Below are positions 37,928 to 50,239 of a stretch of DNA of 64,000 nt, in pieces. A program made the translations under genes and the position numbers. How positions within the stretch are numbered: position 1 is the first letter of the stretch; the number at the start of each line of letters is the position of its first letter. Source of the DNA: Pecten maximus (lineage: Eukaryota); assembly GCF_902652985.1 (NCBI RefSeq), contig NC_047032.1:6572001-6636000 (forward strand), in the 5' to 3' direction. The notes below the pieces were generated by a model, which saw nothing but the letters and a program-made list of their open reading frames with translations, was not told the origin of the DNA and did not search any database.

Positions 37928-38814
37928 GGTGGATGTATTTGTTCTACGGAAATACTGGTCGTCTCAATTTTTGACCATGGCTATTTTTGTGGGTTTTTTT
38001 TTTTTTTTTTTTGGTGTGGTTTTTTTTTTCGGTTGTTTGTTTTTCTTTTTGTTTTCTTTTTCAATTTCAACACCATATTCAAAACTCAAATTGTCGATGA
38101 CTTCAAAAGTTGATTCCCTCAGAACCCTCACCATGTAATCCAAAACCACAAACACCTAAAAACATCCAGAAATATCTCAAAACACCCCCAAAGCATTCTT
38201 AAAACGCCCAAAACATCTTCAACACATCCCTATGTTAAAATGGTTATTGAGAACATGTAAGATACAACCGTTTGAATTAAGGGGCATAACTCTAACAGGT
38301 ATACATGGCGGATTTACAACTGCTTTGGATTTCCCCCCGCTTATTCTGTTGTAATTATGTTTGATTTATAAAAAAAAAAGTCTATACTGAAATACAAATG
38401 TATTCTATTTTTATAGGGAGGATCCAGTGTTATCTGGATTATACTGTTTATTTATATTACTTATTTGACCCATATATATACATGTATATATATATATCCA
38501 CAATGATCATGTCAGGGTATCAGGCCGACCATGACTGCACCATTGAAACGTTCTTTTTAGAACGCCGATGTGGCGAAGTGGTATAGGCTGCGGATATTTC
38601 TCGCTAGGCGATTGGGTGCCGTAGATCCGGTCAGGGCACGAGTCAAAAAGTTGTCTTCCTGAATTCGTCATTTGTGTTTCTAAGCTATATATATATATGA
38701 AATATGGATAACACCTGGTACAGAATACACCATAAAAAAAAAAGAACAATAAAAAGGAAAGAACAGTATGATATATGTAGATGGAATATATATCTGTCTA
38801 ATAGGGCACAAGTC

Positions 38815-39802
38815 TATGGAACGCCTAATTAACATATATTTAATTAATCGAACCTATCTTCAATTATATGAAGATAGGTTCAAATAATTGAAGATAGGTT
38901 TAATTCAATTGAAGATCGGTTCAATTAATTGTACCTATCTTTAATTATTTAAAGTTAGGTACAATTGAATTGAACCTATCTTTAATTAGATTGACCCTAT
39001 CTCTAATTGAATTGAACCTCTCTCTAATTTAATTAAATTGACCTATCTTAAAATAAAACATATAGCCTTTATTAAATTAAACCTATCTTCAATTCAATTG
39101 TACCTATCTTTAAATCAATTGCACCTATCTTTAATTCAATTGAACCTATCTTTAATTCATTGGCGCCAAAATGAGAATAGCGATGTATCCCATTGGAACT
39201 CTCCTTCGGGACATACGAAAGCCAACCGGAGATGGAAAAGTACCAGAAACAAGTAACTTGATAGCGAAATTACCGGAAGAACAATGGTTAGGTTTGTTTT
39301 TGGTTTGTTTTTGTTTAACGTCCTATTAACAGCCGGGGTCATTTAAGGACGTGCCAGGTTTTAAAGGTGGAGGAAAGCCGGAGTACCCGGAGAAAAACCA
39401 CCGGCCTACGGTCAGTACCTGGCAACTGCCCCACGTAGGTTTCGAACTCGCAACCCAGAGGTGGAGGGCTAGTGTTAAAGTGTCGGGACACCTTAACCAC
39501 TCGGCCACCGCGGCCCCTTGGGAACAATGGGAGCGGTCCCTTTTCCCTATTTGTTTGTAATTGAAGATATTCAATTCAATTAGAGATAGGTTCAATTCAC
39601 TTAGAGATAGGTACAATTCACTTAGGGCTAGGTACAATTTAATTAGAGATATGTTAACGTTCAATTCAATTAGAGATAGGTTTGAATTGAATTGAACATA
39701 TCTCTAATTGAATTAAACCTATCTTTAATTGAATTGAACATATCTTCAATTATTTGAAAATAGGTTCAATTAATTGAAAATATGTTAATTGGGCGTTCCA
39801 TG
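38815..39802. mobile_element. MITE with internal ~21-bp tandem repeats and a 6-bp TSD, carrying a nested SINE
   Basis: TIRs tatggaacgcctaattaacatat / atatgttaattgggcgttccatg; TSD caagtc on both sides; internal aattgaacctatctttaatt repeats in both orientations. Confidence 0.85.
39288..39517 (-). mobile_element. Full-length tRNA-derived SINE nested in the MITE
   Basis: Reverse complement of the 27455 SINE, starting ggggccgcggtggccgagtgg; flanking direct repeat gaacaatgg. Confidence 0.92.
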
Positions 39803-41054
39803 CAAGTCCTGCTCCCTACCAGTGCTCCATCAATATATGGCTCCGACACGTGGATACTGTGACCGAAAAAATACACAATTATATGGATTAAAACACATTA
39901 ATTAAAAAAAATACATTGTTAAAAGACAATATAATGTACGTCGATTTGGTTGATGATTGTTTCTGTTCATGTGGTGCTAATGTTGAAATGGAATTATTTC
40001 TTCCAATGTCCACTTTATTCAATTTATACAGTTCATAACCTTTTGGGATATGTTAATCTACAATAAAAACTAACATGTACATGGTGTCAATTATATGATT
40101 TTATATAAATAGAACAATTACTTTCAGACGCGGGGCCAGTATAATTTAGTGATAATGCGAGCGTCGTAGGCGCGAGCCGATTTTTTTTTCCATTTTTAAG
40201 GCTATACAAAAATTTCCTACTCCGAAAAAGGGGGAGTCCTGACCCCCAGGATCCCCCCCCCTCCCCCGGGATCCACTAGGCTAGTGACTTTTTACAAGTT
40301 CCTATTCAAAAAAAATATCAGTTGAAATATGATATTTTATTCATGATTCAAATTCTATACTCGCCCCTGATTTATATAGCTTCTAAACTAACATCCCGGA
40401 TCATTTACGACTTTTTAAGATTTGCATAATGAAACATTTATAGTTGTCACGAAAATTTTCAAAATTCCAAATGTTCTGAGTGGTTTGTTCAAATCACGCC
40501 ATTTCTCCTCGAGTTACCTCCCCTAGTGTATTGGGTTAGAGAGTAAAAAATGAGTGTCAATTTCTACTTCCTGTTTTAGAATGATATACACAGTGCAGTG
40601 TAAGAGTGAATTTTTCAGTAAGCAGGCGAGACTCATGAAATTGGATCGCCTTCACTCGTGACGGGTTATTTTTAAAGGTAAGTGTAAACAATCATACATG
40701 TTTGGTCAAGTGAAAAGAAAGGCAATCCGTGATCAGACAGTTTGTGAAGGTGTGTCTATTTCTCTATTGGCTGTTTGATCAGTTCATCATGATGAGTCAA
40801 CTTACAATCTTACGAGACGAGTTTGATTGTCTTTGTATGCAGGTAAGGTGTTTGAGACGGAATCCTTGTGAATTTAGATTGTATGTGTGTGTGTTTATGT
40901 TCAACATAAATATATAAAGCACTGTGACAAATTTCAGTCGTCATAAAGAGATAAACGAGTACAATATGTATTTACTGCAGATAACAATATTATATTGTGG
41001 CAGGTTTTAATGGTAAATAGAGTATATATACGTACATAGTGATAAGTTCGTTTT

Positions 41055-41340
41055 CTAGCTTCTCGTTAGTGGGATTTCTCTTGTAGCAAAGTCGGTAGAG
41101 CAACAGACCAATAAGCAGAAGATCGCAGTTCGAACCCAGGTAGAGGCATATATATGAAATACTCGTTTTCCGATTATGTTATACATGTACATGACTCTAT
41201 ATAAGTGTAGTAGGAATTTGAAGGAGTAATGAAAATATCCTGCTGGGGCTCAAACTAGCGACCTTTCACTGACTCTTACGGCAAACATCTTACCACTATA
41301 GGCTAAAGGGAAATTCCCAATAGTCTTAGCTAGTAAGGCA
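41055..41340. repeat. Convergent pair of degenerate tRNA-like units (repeat-derived, not functional tRNAs)
   Basis: + strand gtagcaaagtcggtagagc...gttcgaaccc (41083-41146); - strand tagcctatagtggtaaga...agtttgagcccc (41240-41310); flanks are similar in inverted orientation. Confidence 0.5.
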
Positions 41341-42184
41341 ACCTTATACTTAAATTTCTATATACATGTATGTTGTCCAATGCAAGGTTTCAAGCTGTCA
41401 TGCTATATAAATATATACAATGTATATAGATAAATTGACAAAAGGGAAATTTTGAAATGTGATAATGACATAGCCAACGGTTGCAAAGAAATGTAGATTT
41501 TATTGTAATTTTTATTTAACATTAAATGTGACAGAAAAATGGTGTCATCATATATATATATGCTACAGAAAAATTATAAGAAAATCTCATTTAACAAATT
41601 ACTTTGTATACAAAACCTTCCTGGACATTCATTCCTCACTGATCACTCATTACACTATATGCTTAGGACGTTAACCCTGCCTGGACACACGTCCCTCCAC
41701 TTGTTTTGAGCTCGAGGTACAAAGTACACTACAGAATCCATATATATACACTCACATACATGTAAGTGGTGGAGAACTATATATATAGCTATAATATTTT
41801 CGCAAAAGGTTGCAGTTTAATTTTCCAGAGTCCTAATAGACCTATTCTAAATATATTAATAATGTTGCACTTGCAGAACCAGACTATTTTCCATCTCAAG
41901 AAATTCTTTTCATTGATATAAGAACCTTGCATTTAATAACATAAATAATTAATAATATTCGAATAGATTTATTGTAATTGTAATGAAATGATAAATCTGA
42001 TGGTACATTTGTACAAGTAAAATAGGCCCAAATTAGCGACAGCTCGCTCTCCAAGCAGACTTATTACCACAAGGTCTTATAGGATAATCAGAAATTCCCT
42101 CTACGTTAGGTCGTTAGTACATGTATTATACATCCCCATCCAAATTCTTCACCCCAGAAGTACAGGTTTTTAATTGACACAAAA

Positions 42185-42372
42185 AACTGAAAAACAGGTC
42201 AGTGGTTTGGTCCTTGGGGAAGACACTTCACCCTAATTGCTTTGGAAGGCATGAGATGGGCCTCCCATATGTTGTTCAGTGATCATGAGGTAGTCACCAA
42301 CTACTACAAGGAGACCCCGGCCGAAATGACCTTGGCTGTTCATGAGGCAATAATTAAAACCCAGCAAACAAA
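42185..42372 (+). mobile_element. CORE-like SINE fragment
   Basis: ggtccttggggaagacacttcaccctaattgc core and tgaccttggctgtt...caaacaaac tail. Confidence 0.55.
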
Positions 42373-43898
42373 CTTACACTCTGTAATAGCCAGGAAAAAA
42401 GAAAACTGTATTCTGCCTTCACTGGGACTCAATTAAACTATTGACTTTTATCTTTCTTATAATATGCACCCATGCCTAGTACCACAGGACTGAGGACAAT
42501 TCTCACTAGTCTGAGATATACGGTTATAATCATAAGTAGTGATAGGAAATCAGTTTCCAATGCAAAATAGAATAGTGTGTATGTAATCATGATCAAAAAG
42601 CCCTTTATGTATAGTTAATCAATTCAAGTACATAATTGGATCATTATGTATTTATCCTTTAAAATTATTTTTTAATGTTATTATTTTTTTTTTTTTAATT
42701 TAACTAAATTCCCAACTTATCTAGGATTCCATTATGAATTACTTAATGTGTTAACATCTGACATCTATATATTCTAAGTAGGATATGAAATTTGTTTTAT
42801 CTTATTAAAGTTTCAATCTACTAAAGATCTAGGTCAATTATGAAAAATTAAAATTGTTTATCAGATCATTTGATGTTAAACAATTAGTTAATCGATTATA
42901 CCTGATCATCATCCCATCACTTTAATTGAAAAGAATTAAAGAATTAATTGTTTAATGAAAATCTTCATACATGTATATACTCTTCATGCATATATACAGA
43001 CTAATAAAATTGTTCATAATATTAAACAGTCATTATCATTTACATGCCAAATGAACAAAGATTACGTGTGTTCTACTTAATAAGAATGAGAGCCATCAAG
43101 ATGTCGTTACAGTCAAGAGTTATGTACATGTGCAGTCACTCAGATGCACATATGTCACTCACTTGTAAACACATTCAGACCCAGTGTCAGAAATTCCGAG
43201 AACGGACTGGAGAACTGTCCATCAAGTACTACCGAGACTTATAAGGTCTTTCTTATATATACAGGCAATGAAATTGGGCACTTGTGCAATTATTTAAAAA
43301 AAAATGTCTCAAGATCTTCCCACCAGGAACTAGCGACATAGCACGCGCTGCGATCACATCGAATCAACTCGCGATGTTATTTTGTTAAACCTTTTAGTTA
43401 TATTATTTATTTATTCATCTATTGATTTATTTATTCATTTACTTTAACCATCTGTACACCAGTTAAGATGTTTCCTAATTAATCATAATGGGCCCGCGGC
43501 GAATTAATTATCGGCCGAGGGGGATCGTTTTTACAACATTACGATATTTATTGTTGTTTATACCCTACTATATTTGTGTAACTGGTCCATGTTCTATGTC
43601 TATATGTGATCGTATGTAATTTACCTGTGTCTTGATAAAGGGGCAGATTGCCTCGAAAATTCGACAATTTACTTGTCTGTACTGTCGTTATTACTACTTG
43701 ACAATTATATGTATATATATAGAATAAATAAGATTAAAATGCTGTAATGAAGCCGAGTATCAATACTATCTTATGATAAAAAAAGTATTATGATGTTGAG
43801 GTTGATAATTATTACAATTATGATTTAAAATAATGGAATAGCATAGCACTCAAATCTGAAGAAACAAAACAAAAAAACTTGTGTACCACATAATGTGT

Positions 43899-44105
43899 AC
43901 TGTAAACGTTGAAATTTACCCGAGGGGGAAATTTACGCTAGTTACGCTAATTATTTTGATATCAATTTGCGTAATCTTGAACTACAAGCGAAAGTGGATA
44001 GATTGCAAAAATTATCCCCATGCGTGCGTATATATATATATATATATATAGTTTACATATTAAAATAGCGAAATTAACCCCCTGCGAAAATAATTACGTT
44101 TACAT
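43899..44105. mobile_element. Tc1/mariner-type MITE remnant
   Basis: tactgtaaacgt at the left end and acgtttacatta at the right end; similar gcgaaa...tttacagta ends occur at ~1740, ~8340 and ~10290. Confidence 0.45.
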
Positions 44106-45010
44106 TAACATCAAAATTATAAAAGATATGGCAGGAGTGAAATTATCTCCCCTTACAAAAAATTCAAAATTTGGATGAGTCCCAATACTAATTTAAAAAG
44201 ATACAATACTCAAAAATTGAGCGAGTCCAACAGAAAAAGCTTGACTGAAACAGTATTATGAGGTAACCCTGGCTACATGATATGATGATATATTCTATGA
44301 ATACATGATTGATATCTGAATCTACAGGTACACATATACGTAGTTACATGTATATATTGACAAATGACTCGGTGATTGATGTACAAGCTTATGTTTAGAT
44401 TGTGAACACCACATACATGCATACAGTGATTTTATTTGGGTACATTTGGGGCTGAATTTGGCCCCTTCCCCTAGAGTAATTTTACAATTCCCAAATTTCG
44501 AGTTCATATTTTCCCTATCAGAAATTGTTACCGGTAGTTTCCTTGTGTATAATTATATAATTGTTAATTATAACTAATATGAAAAAATGTCAATCATAAT
44601 AAATTTCACATAATGCTTTCACAAGTGCTAGCAAATGTAAAAGTTTTACTAGTCCCTATTTTTTCTCATGACAGCTATTTATTATTATAAAATATGCATT
44701 TAAAGATTTGATGGTTATGTTTGAGCTTGGAGAAAGTACCATTTTACCAAAAATTCAGAAGATACAGTCGTATGTTCCCAAAGGAAAAGTGATACAGGCC
44801 CCTTTTAAGGTTAAGGTAATCACTGACATACAGACATCTTTACTCATCCTGAATTTTAAGTGAAGTTCTGAAGATCATAAGGTGCCTTATTTTTCTTTAA
44901 TTTTACCTTCTAAGCCTGATACTGTAGATTATTTATACCAGAATCTGCTCCCAATTCACGACCATGGGTCATCAGAATTTAGTTTAGTCGTTTACGTAAT
45001 AGACACCATC

Positions 45011-45324
45011 CAGGGATCAATCTAGGGATTTTTACTACCGTTTAAGGGTAGTTTCCCCTCAGGATTTTGTTTCATTTTCCCCCTCAAACTTCTGTTAAAT
45101 TCACTGAAATATTGTATTTTCCCTCATTTTTATGGCAATAACAATCCCAAATACTCCAGATTTGCCTTCCTAATTAACTATTTGCTGTTTTTACTTGGAA
45201 AATGTGTTTTTAATGCCAAAAAACTGAAACTTTGTGATGTTTAAATTTCAGCTTTTCATAACTGATTTTCCCCTATGGTCCAAAAAGGGTAGTTCCCCCT
45301 AAATTCTAGATTAATCGATCCCTG
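45011..45324. mobile_element. MITE with CAGGG termini and a 5-bp TSD
   Basis: cagggatcaat ... atcgatccctg flanked by ccatc / ccatc. Confidence 0.75.
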
Positions 45325-46352
45325 CCATCTTTGTACAGAAGTATCCTTGTTGTACCTGTTGGGACATGTACACTGGGGTATTTGCCAATGGCCCAACGTT
45401 TTCTCTATTAAACACACTTAATTTGGCATAAATTCATCATTGTTCACAGTCATACATTTTGTATGTTGGTATATAGGACAGTCACCTCACTATCGGTGAA
45501 TTGATCATATGGCTGGACATGTACACTGGGCAGCTTGGTCATTTGCAACTTAAAACCAATGTTGTGAAAGGTTTTGCCATTTATTTCTGGTATGATGCCT
45601 TATTCACCCTAGTTTAATGTTTTAGGAATTGTTTGTTTTGATAATGTGGTTGTCATATAAGTTTCCATGGTGATCACCTGTTGATATTGGTAATGTTGTT
45701 GATGATTAGGGAGACTGACCGCCTACCTGTATACATCTCTGATGACTGACCAGGAACTACCATGGTCATTTGAATACCTGCATCGGTCATCACTCAGGAA
45801 TTTCATCCTCTTACAATATTGATTGATAGCTTATATCTGGATATTATGATACACATATAACGTATACAAAAATGTATATATATACATATACATATATATT
45901 ATGTGTCTTTCATGTTCTGCTAAACCTGTATTTCATTCCACATGGCATTGACAATTCAAGATGAATAACATACAATTATTATCTGGTTGAGGTTGATAAC
46001 ATGTTTGTCATCCATGCTGTTACTAAATATTCCTCAGAGCTTGAGGTAAATATATACTGTAAACTAAAACTTTCTGAAGTCAAACAAGCTTGATCCAATT
46101 TCTACTTATAACAAAGTAAGTTAATATTCCTAATTTGGCTGAATTATATTTATTTTAAATTTCAGAGCTAATAATTTGTATCCTCTAGTCTTGCAGACTT
46201 CATTATAAACAAGTCTACTGTATAAATTAAAAGTCATAACCAGAAATAGCAAAGTTGATAATTTCTTGTTGTTTTACAAAACAAAAATTAAAGCTAAAAA
46301 GGACATTAAAAAATTTTTTGTGGACATTATATAAAATTAATTTTCTCAACCA

Positions 46353-46589
46353 TTTTTAGCTCAGACACATGCACCTGATCCAAAGGACGATATAGTGAGC
46401 TTATGCCTCACCGTGGTGTCTCTCGTCCGTCCATCGTCCCCATCTTCCATCCGTCAACAATTAACTTCTTCTTCATAACCACTGGTTGGAATTCAACAAA
46501 ATTTGACTAATAGCATTAATATTGTGGTGGGGATTCAAAATTGTACAAATAGTGGGGCTGACCTCCCCAGGGGGAGGAGGGGGGAGCAA
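46353..46589 (+). mobile_element. Truncated, diverged HINE-like 5' fragment
   Basis: tttttagctca...gtgagctta hairpin, (gtcc)-type microsatellite, aacttcttcttc...aaatttga. Confidence 0.6.
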
Positions 46590-48000
46590 CAGCAGAACAT
46601 TCACCACCTGAAATTTGTTTTTATTAAACTGATGTTAATTTGACACAGAAATTATAAATAAATAATGTGTGTTTCATTTTAAGAGTTGTAACATACACAC
46701 ACAACATCTGTAATAAAGCAACCCGATACCATTGTCGTAGTTTGATGTAGACATTTTTGGTTTTTTTTTCTGGAACATGTCCAGTATATATATATATATG
46801 AACCACTTACAGTTTTACTCTTTAAAAGCTTCCTGGTTTTAATGACAGGAAATGTCTATTTTTTAGGTCACCTGAGACGAAGTCTCTAGTGACCTATTCT
46901 AATCGCCTTTTGTCCGTCGTCGTCCGTCGTGCGTCGTGCGTCCGTAAACTTTTTACATTTTCGACTTCTTCTCCAAAACCACTTAACAAATTTCAATGAA
47001 ATTTGGCAGAAAGTTTCTATGGCTGAAGGTCAACCAAAATTGTGAATTATATGGCCCCACCCCCCAGGGGCCTGAGGGGTGGGGCCAAAAAGGGTCAAAT
47101 TGCCTAAAACTTCAAAAATCTCCTTCTCTACTCTCAGATATGGTGGAGTCAAACACTCTTTATAGATGACAGCAGAACATTCACCACCTGAAATTTGTTT
47201 TTATTAAACTGATGTTAATTTGACACAGAAATTATAAATAAATAATGTGTGTTTCATTTTAAGAGTTGTAACATACACACACAACATCTGTAATAAAGCA
47301 ACCCGATACCATTGTCGTAGTTTGATGTAGACATTTTTGGTTTTTTTTTTCTGGAACATGTCCAGTATATATATATATATGAACCACTTACAGTTTTACT
47401 CTTTAAAAGCTTCCTGGTTTTAATGACAGGAAATGTCTATTTTTTAGGTCACCTGAGACGAAGTCTCTAGTGACCTATTCTAATCGCCTTTTGTCCGTCG
47501 TCGTCCGTCGTGCGTCGTGCGTCCGTAAACTTTTTACATTTTCGACTTCTTCTCCAAAACCACTTAACAAATTTCAATGAAATTTGGCAGAAAGTTTCTA
47601 TGGCTGAAGGTCAACCAAAATTGTGAATTATATGGCCCCACCCCCCAGGGGCCTGAGGGGTGGGGCCAAAAAGGGTCAAATTGCCTAAAACTTCAAAAAT
47701 CTCCTTCTCTACTCTCAGATATGGTGGAGTCAAACACTCTTTATAGATGAAAGGGTCTTGTGGTGCTTTACCAAAATTGTGAATTGCATGACCCTGGGGT
47801 CTCACGTTTGCCCCTGGGGAGAGGGTAAACTTTACTATAGTTTATATAGGGAAATCACATTTTTGACTATTAGTTGTTGGATTTGTATTGGAATTCATTC
47901 TAACTTGTATCAAATTATCAGCATGGGATGGCACTTTGATGGTATGTACATGTTGGCCCTAATTGACCCCCAGGGGCTGGTGGGCGGGGCCAAAAAGGGT
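46590..48000 (+). repeat. Two extra tandem copies of flank plus HINE 5' end (46590-47169 and 47170-48000); the third copy starts at 48001
   Basis: cagcagaacattcaccacctgaaatttg starts at 46590, 47170 and 48001; each copy extends a different distance into the HINE. Confidence 0.92.
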
Positions 48001-48270
48001 CAGCAGAACATTCACCACCTGAAATTTGTTTTTATTAAACTGATGTTAATTTGACACAGAAATTATAAATAAATAATGTGTGTTTCATTTTAAGAGTTGT
48101 AACATACACACACAACATCTGTAATAAAGCAACCCGATACCATTGTCGTAGTTTGATGTAGACATTTTTGGGTTTTTTTTCTGGAACATGTCCAGTATAT
48201 ATATATATATGAACCACTTACAGTTTTACTCTTTAAAAGCTTCCTGGTTTTAATGACAGGAAATGTCTAT

Positions 48271-49958
48271 TTTTTAGGTCACCTGAGACGAAGTCTCTAG
48301 TGACCTATTCTAATCGCCTTTTGTCCGTCGTCGTGCGTCCGTAAACTTTTTACATTTTCGACTTCTTCTCCAAAACCACTTAACAAATTTCAATGAAATT
48401 TGGCAGAAAGTTTCTATGGCTGAAGGTCAACCAAAATTGTGAATTATATGGCCCCACCCCCCAGGGGCCTGAGGGGTGGGGCCAAAAAGGGTCAAATTGC
48501 CTAAAACTTCAAAAATCTTCTTCTCTACTCTCAGATATGGTGGAGTCAAACACTCTTTATAGATGAAAGGGTCTTGTGGTGCTTTACCAAAATTGTGAAT
48601 TGCATGACCCTGGGGTCTCACGTTTGCCCCTGGGGAGAGGGTAAACTTTACTATAGTTTATATAGGGAAATCACATTTTTGACTATTAGTTGTTGGATTT
48701 GTATTGGAATTCATTCTAACTTGTATCAAATTATCAGCATGGGATGGCACTTTGATGGTATGTACATGTTGGCCCTAATTGACCCCCAGGGGCTGGTGGG
48801 CGGGGCCAAAAAGGGTCAAATTGACTAAAATTAAAAAAAAATCTTCTTCTCTACTCTCAGATATGGTAGAATCAAATACTTTTCATAGATGGAAGGGTCT
48901 TAAGGTGCTTTACCAAAATTGTGAATTTCATGACCCTGGGGTCTCACGTTTGCCCCTGGGGAGGGGGTAAACTTTACTATAGTTTATATAGGGAAATCAC
49001 ATTTTTGACTATTATTTGTTGGATTTGTATTGGAATTCATTCTAACTTGTATCAAATTATCAGCATGGGATGACACTTTGATGGTATGTACATGTTGGCC
49101 CTAATTGACCCCCAGGGGCTGGTGGGCGGGGCCAAAAAGGGTAAAATTGACTAACATTTCAAAAATCTTCTTCTCTACTCTCAGATGTGGTAGAATCAAA
49201 TACTCTTCATAGATGGAAGGGTCTTAAGGTGCTTTACCAAAATTGTGAATTTCATGACCCTGGGGTCTCACGTTTGCCCCTAGGGAGGGGGTAAACTTTA
49301 CTATAGTTTATATAGGGAAATCACATTTTTGACTATTATTTGTTGGATTTCTATTGGAATTCATTCTAACTTGGTTCAAATTATCAGCATGGGATTACAG
49401 TTTGATGGTATGTACATGTTGGCCCTGGTTGACCCCCAGGGGCTGGTGGGCGGGGCCAAAAAGGGTCAAATTGACTAAAATTTCAAAAATCTTCTTCCCT
49501 ACTCTCAGATATGGTAGAATCAAATACTCTTCATAGATGGAAGGGTCTTAAGGTGCTTTACCAAAATTGTGAATTTCATGACCCTGGGGTCTCACGTTTG
49601 CCCCTGGGGAGGGGGTAAACTTTACTATAGTTTATATAGGGAAATCACATTTTTGACTATTAATCGTGGATTTGTATTGGAATTCATTCTAACTTGGTTC
49701 AAATTATCAGCATGGGATTACAGTTTGATGTTATGTACATGTTGGCCCTGGTTGACCCCCAGGGGCTGGTGGGCGGGGCCAAAAAGGGTCAAATTGACTG
49801 AAATTTCCAAAATCGTCTTATCAACTATATGTTAGAATCAAATACTCTTCATAGACTGACCCCATTAGGACTGATGGGTGAGGCCAAAAAGGGTCAATTT
49901 AGTTGGCCGAAATATTTCAAATCTCAGGTGACCGTTAAGGCCCTTTGGGCCTCTTGTT
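48271..49958 (+). mobile_element. Helentron-associated non-autonomous element (HINE/pearl-like) with ~4.5 internal ~324-bp repeats
   Basis: 5' tttttaggtcacctgagac...gtctctagtgaccta hairpin, gtcc microsatellite, repeats at 48481/48805/49131/49455/49778, 3' ctcaggtgacc subTIR plus aggccc-gggcct palindrome, T-rich insertion site. Confidence 0.85.
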
Positions 49959-50239
49959 TAACAAGCACTTATAATTATATCCATATCAACAAGAACCAAA
50001 TATAGATTTGATTTTGTTATATCAGATTTGGATGGTACTGATTTGTGGAGCACCGGTGATTTGGGCTGGAACAGTTTACGAAAAACACAAAATATATGGT
50101 CTACATATGTACAATACAACATTGCAAAAAATGCAAAAACATTATAGCATTAAAAAAAAACTAAAAATATGGTTTATATATGTATGTACAAGGTACATTA
50201 TATTATTATAAAAAAAAAGGTCTATGCCCATGGACATAT

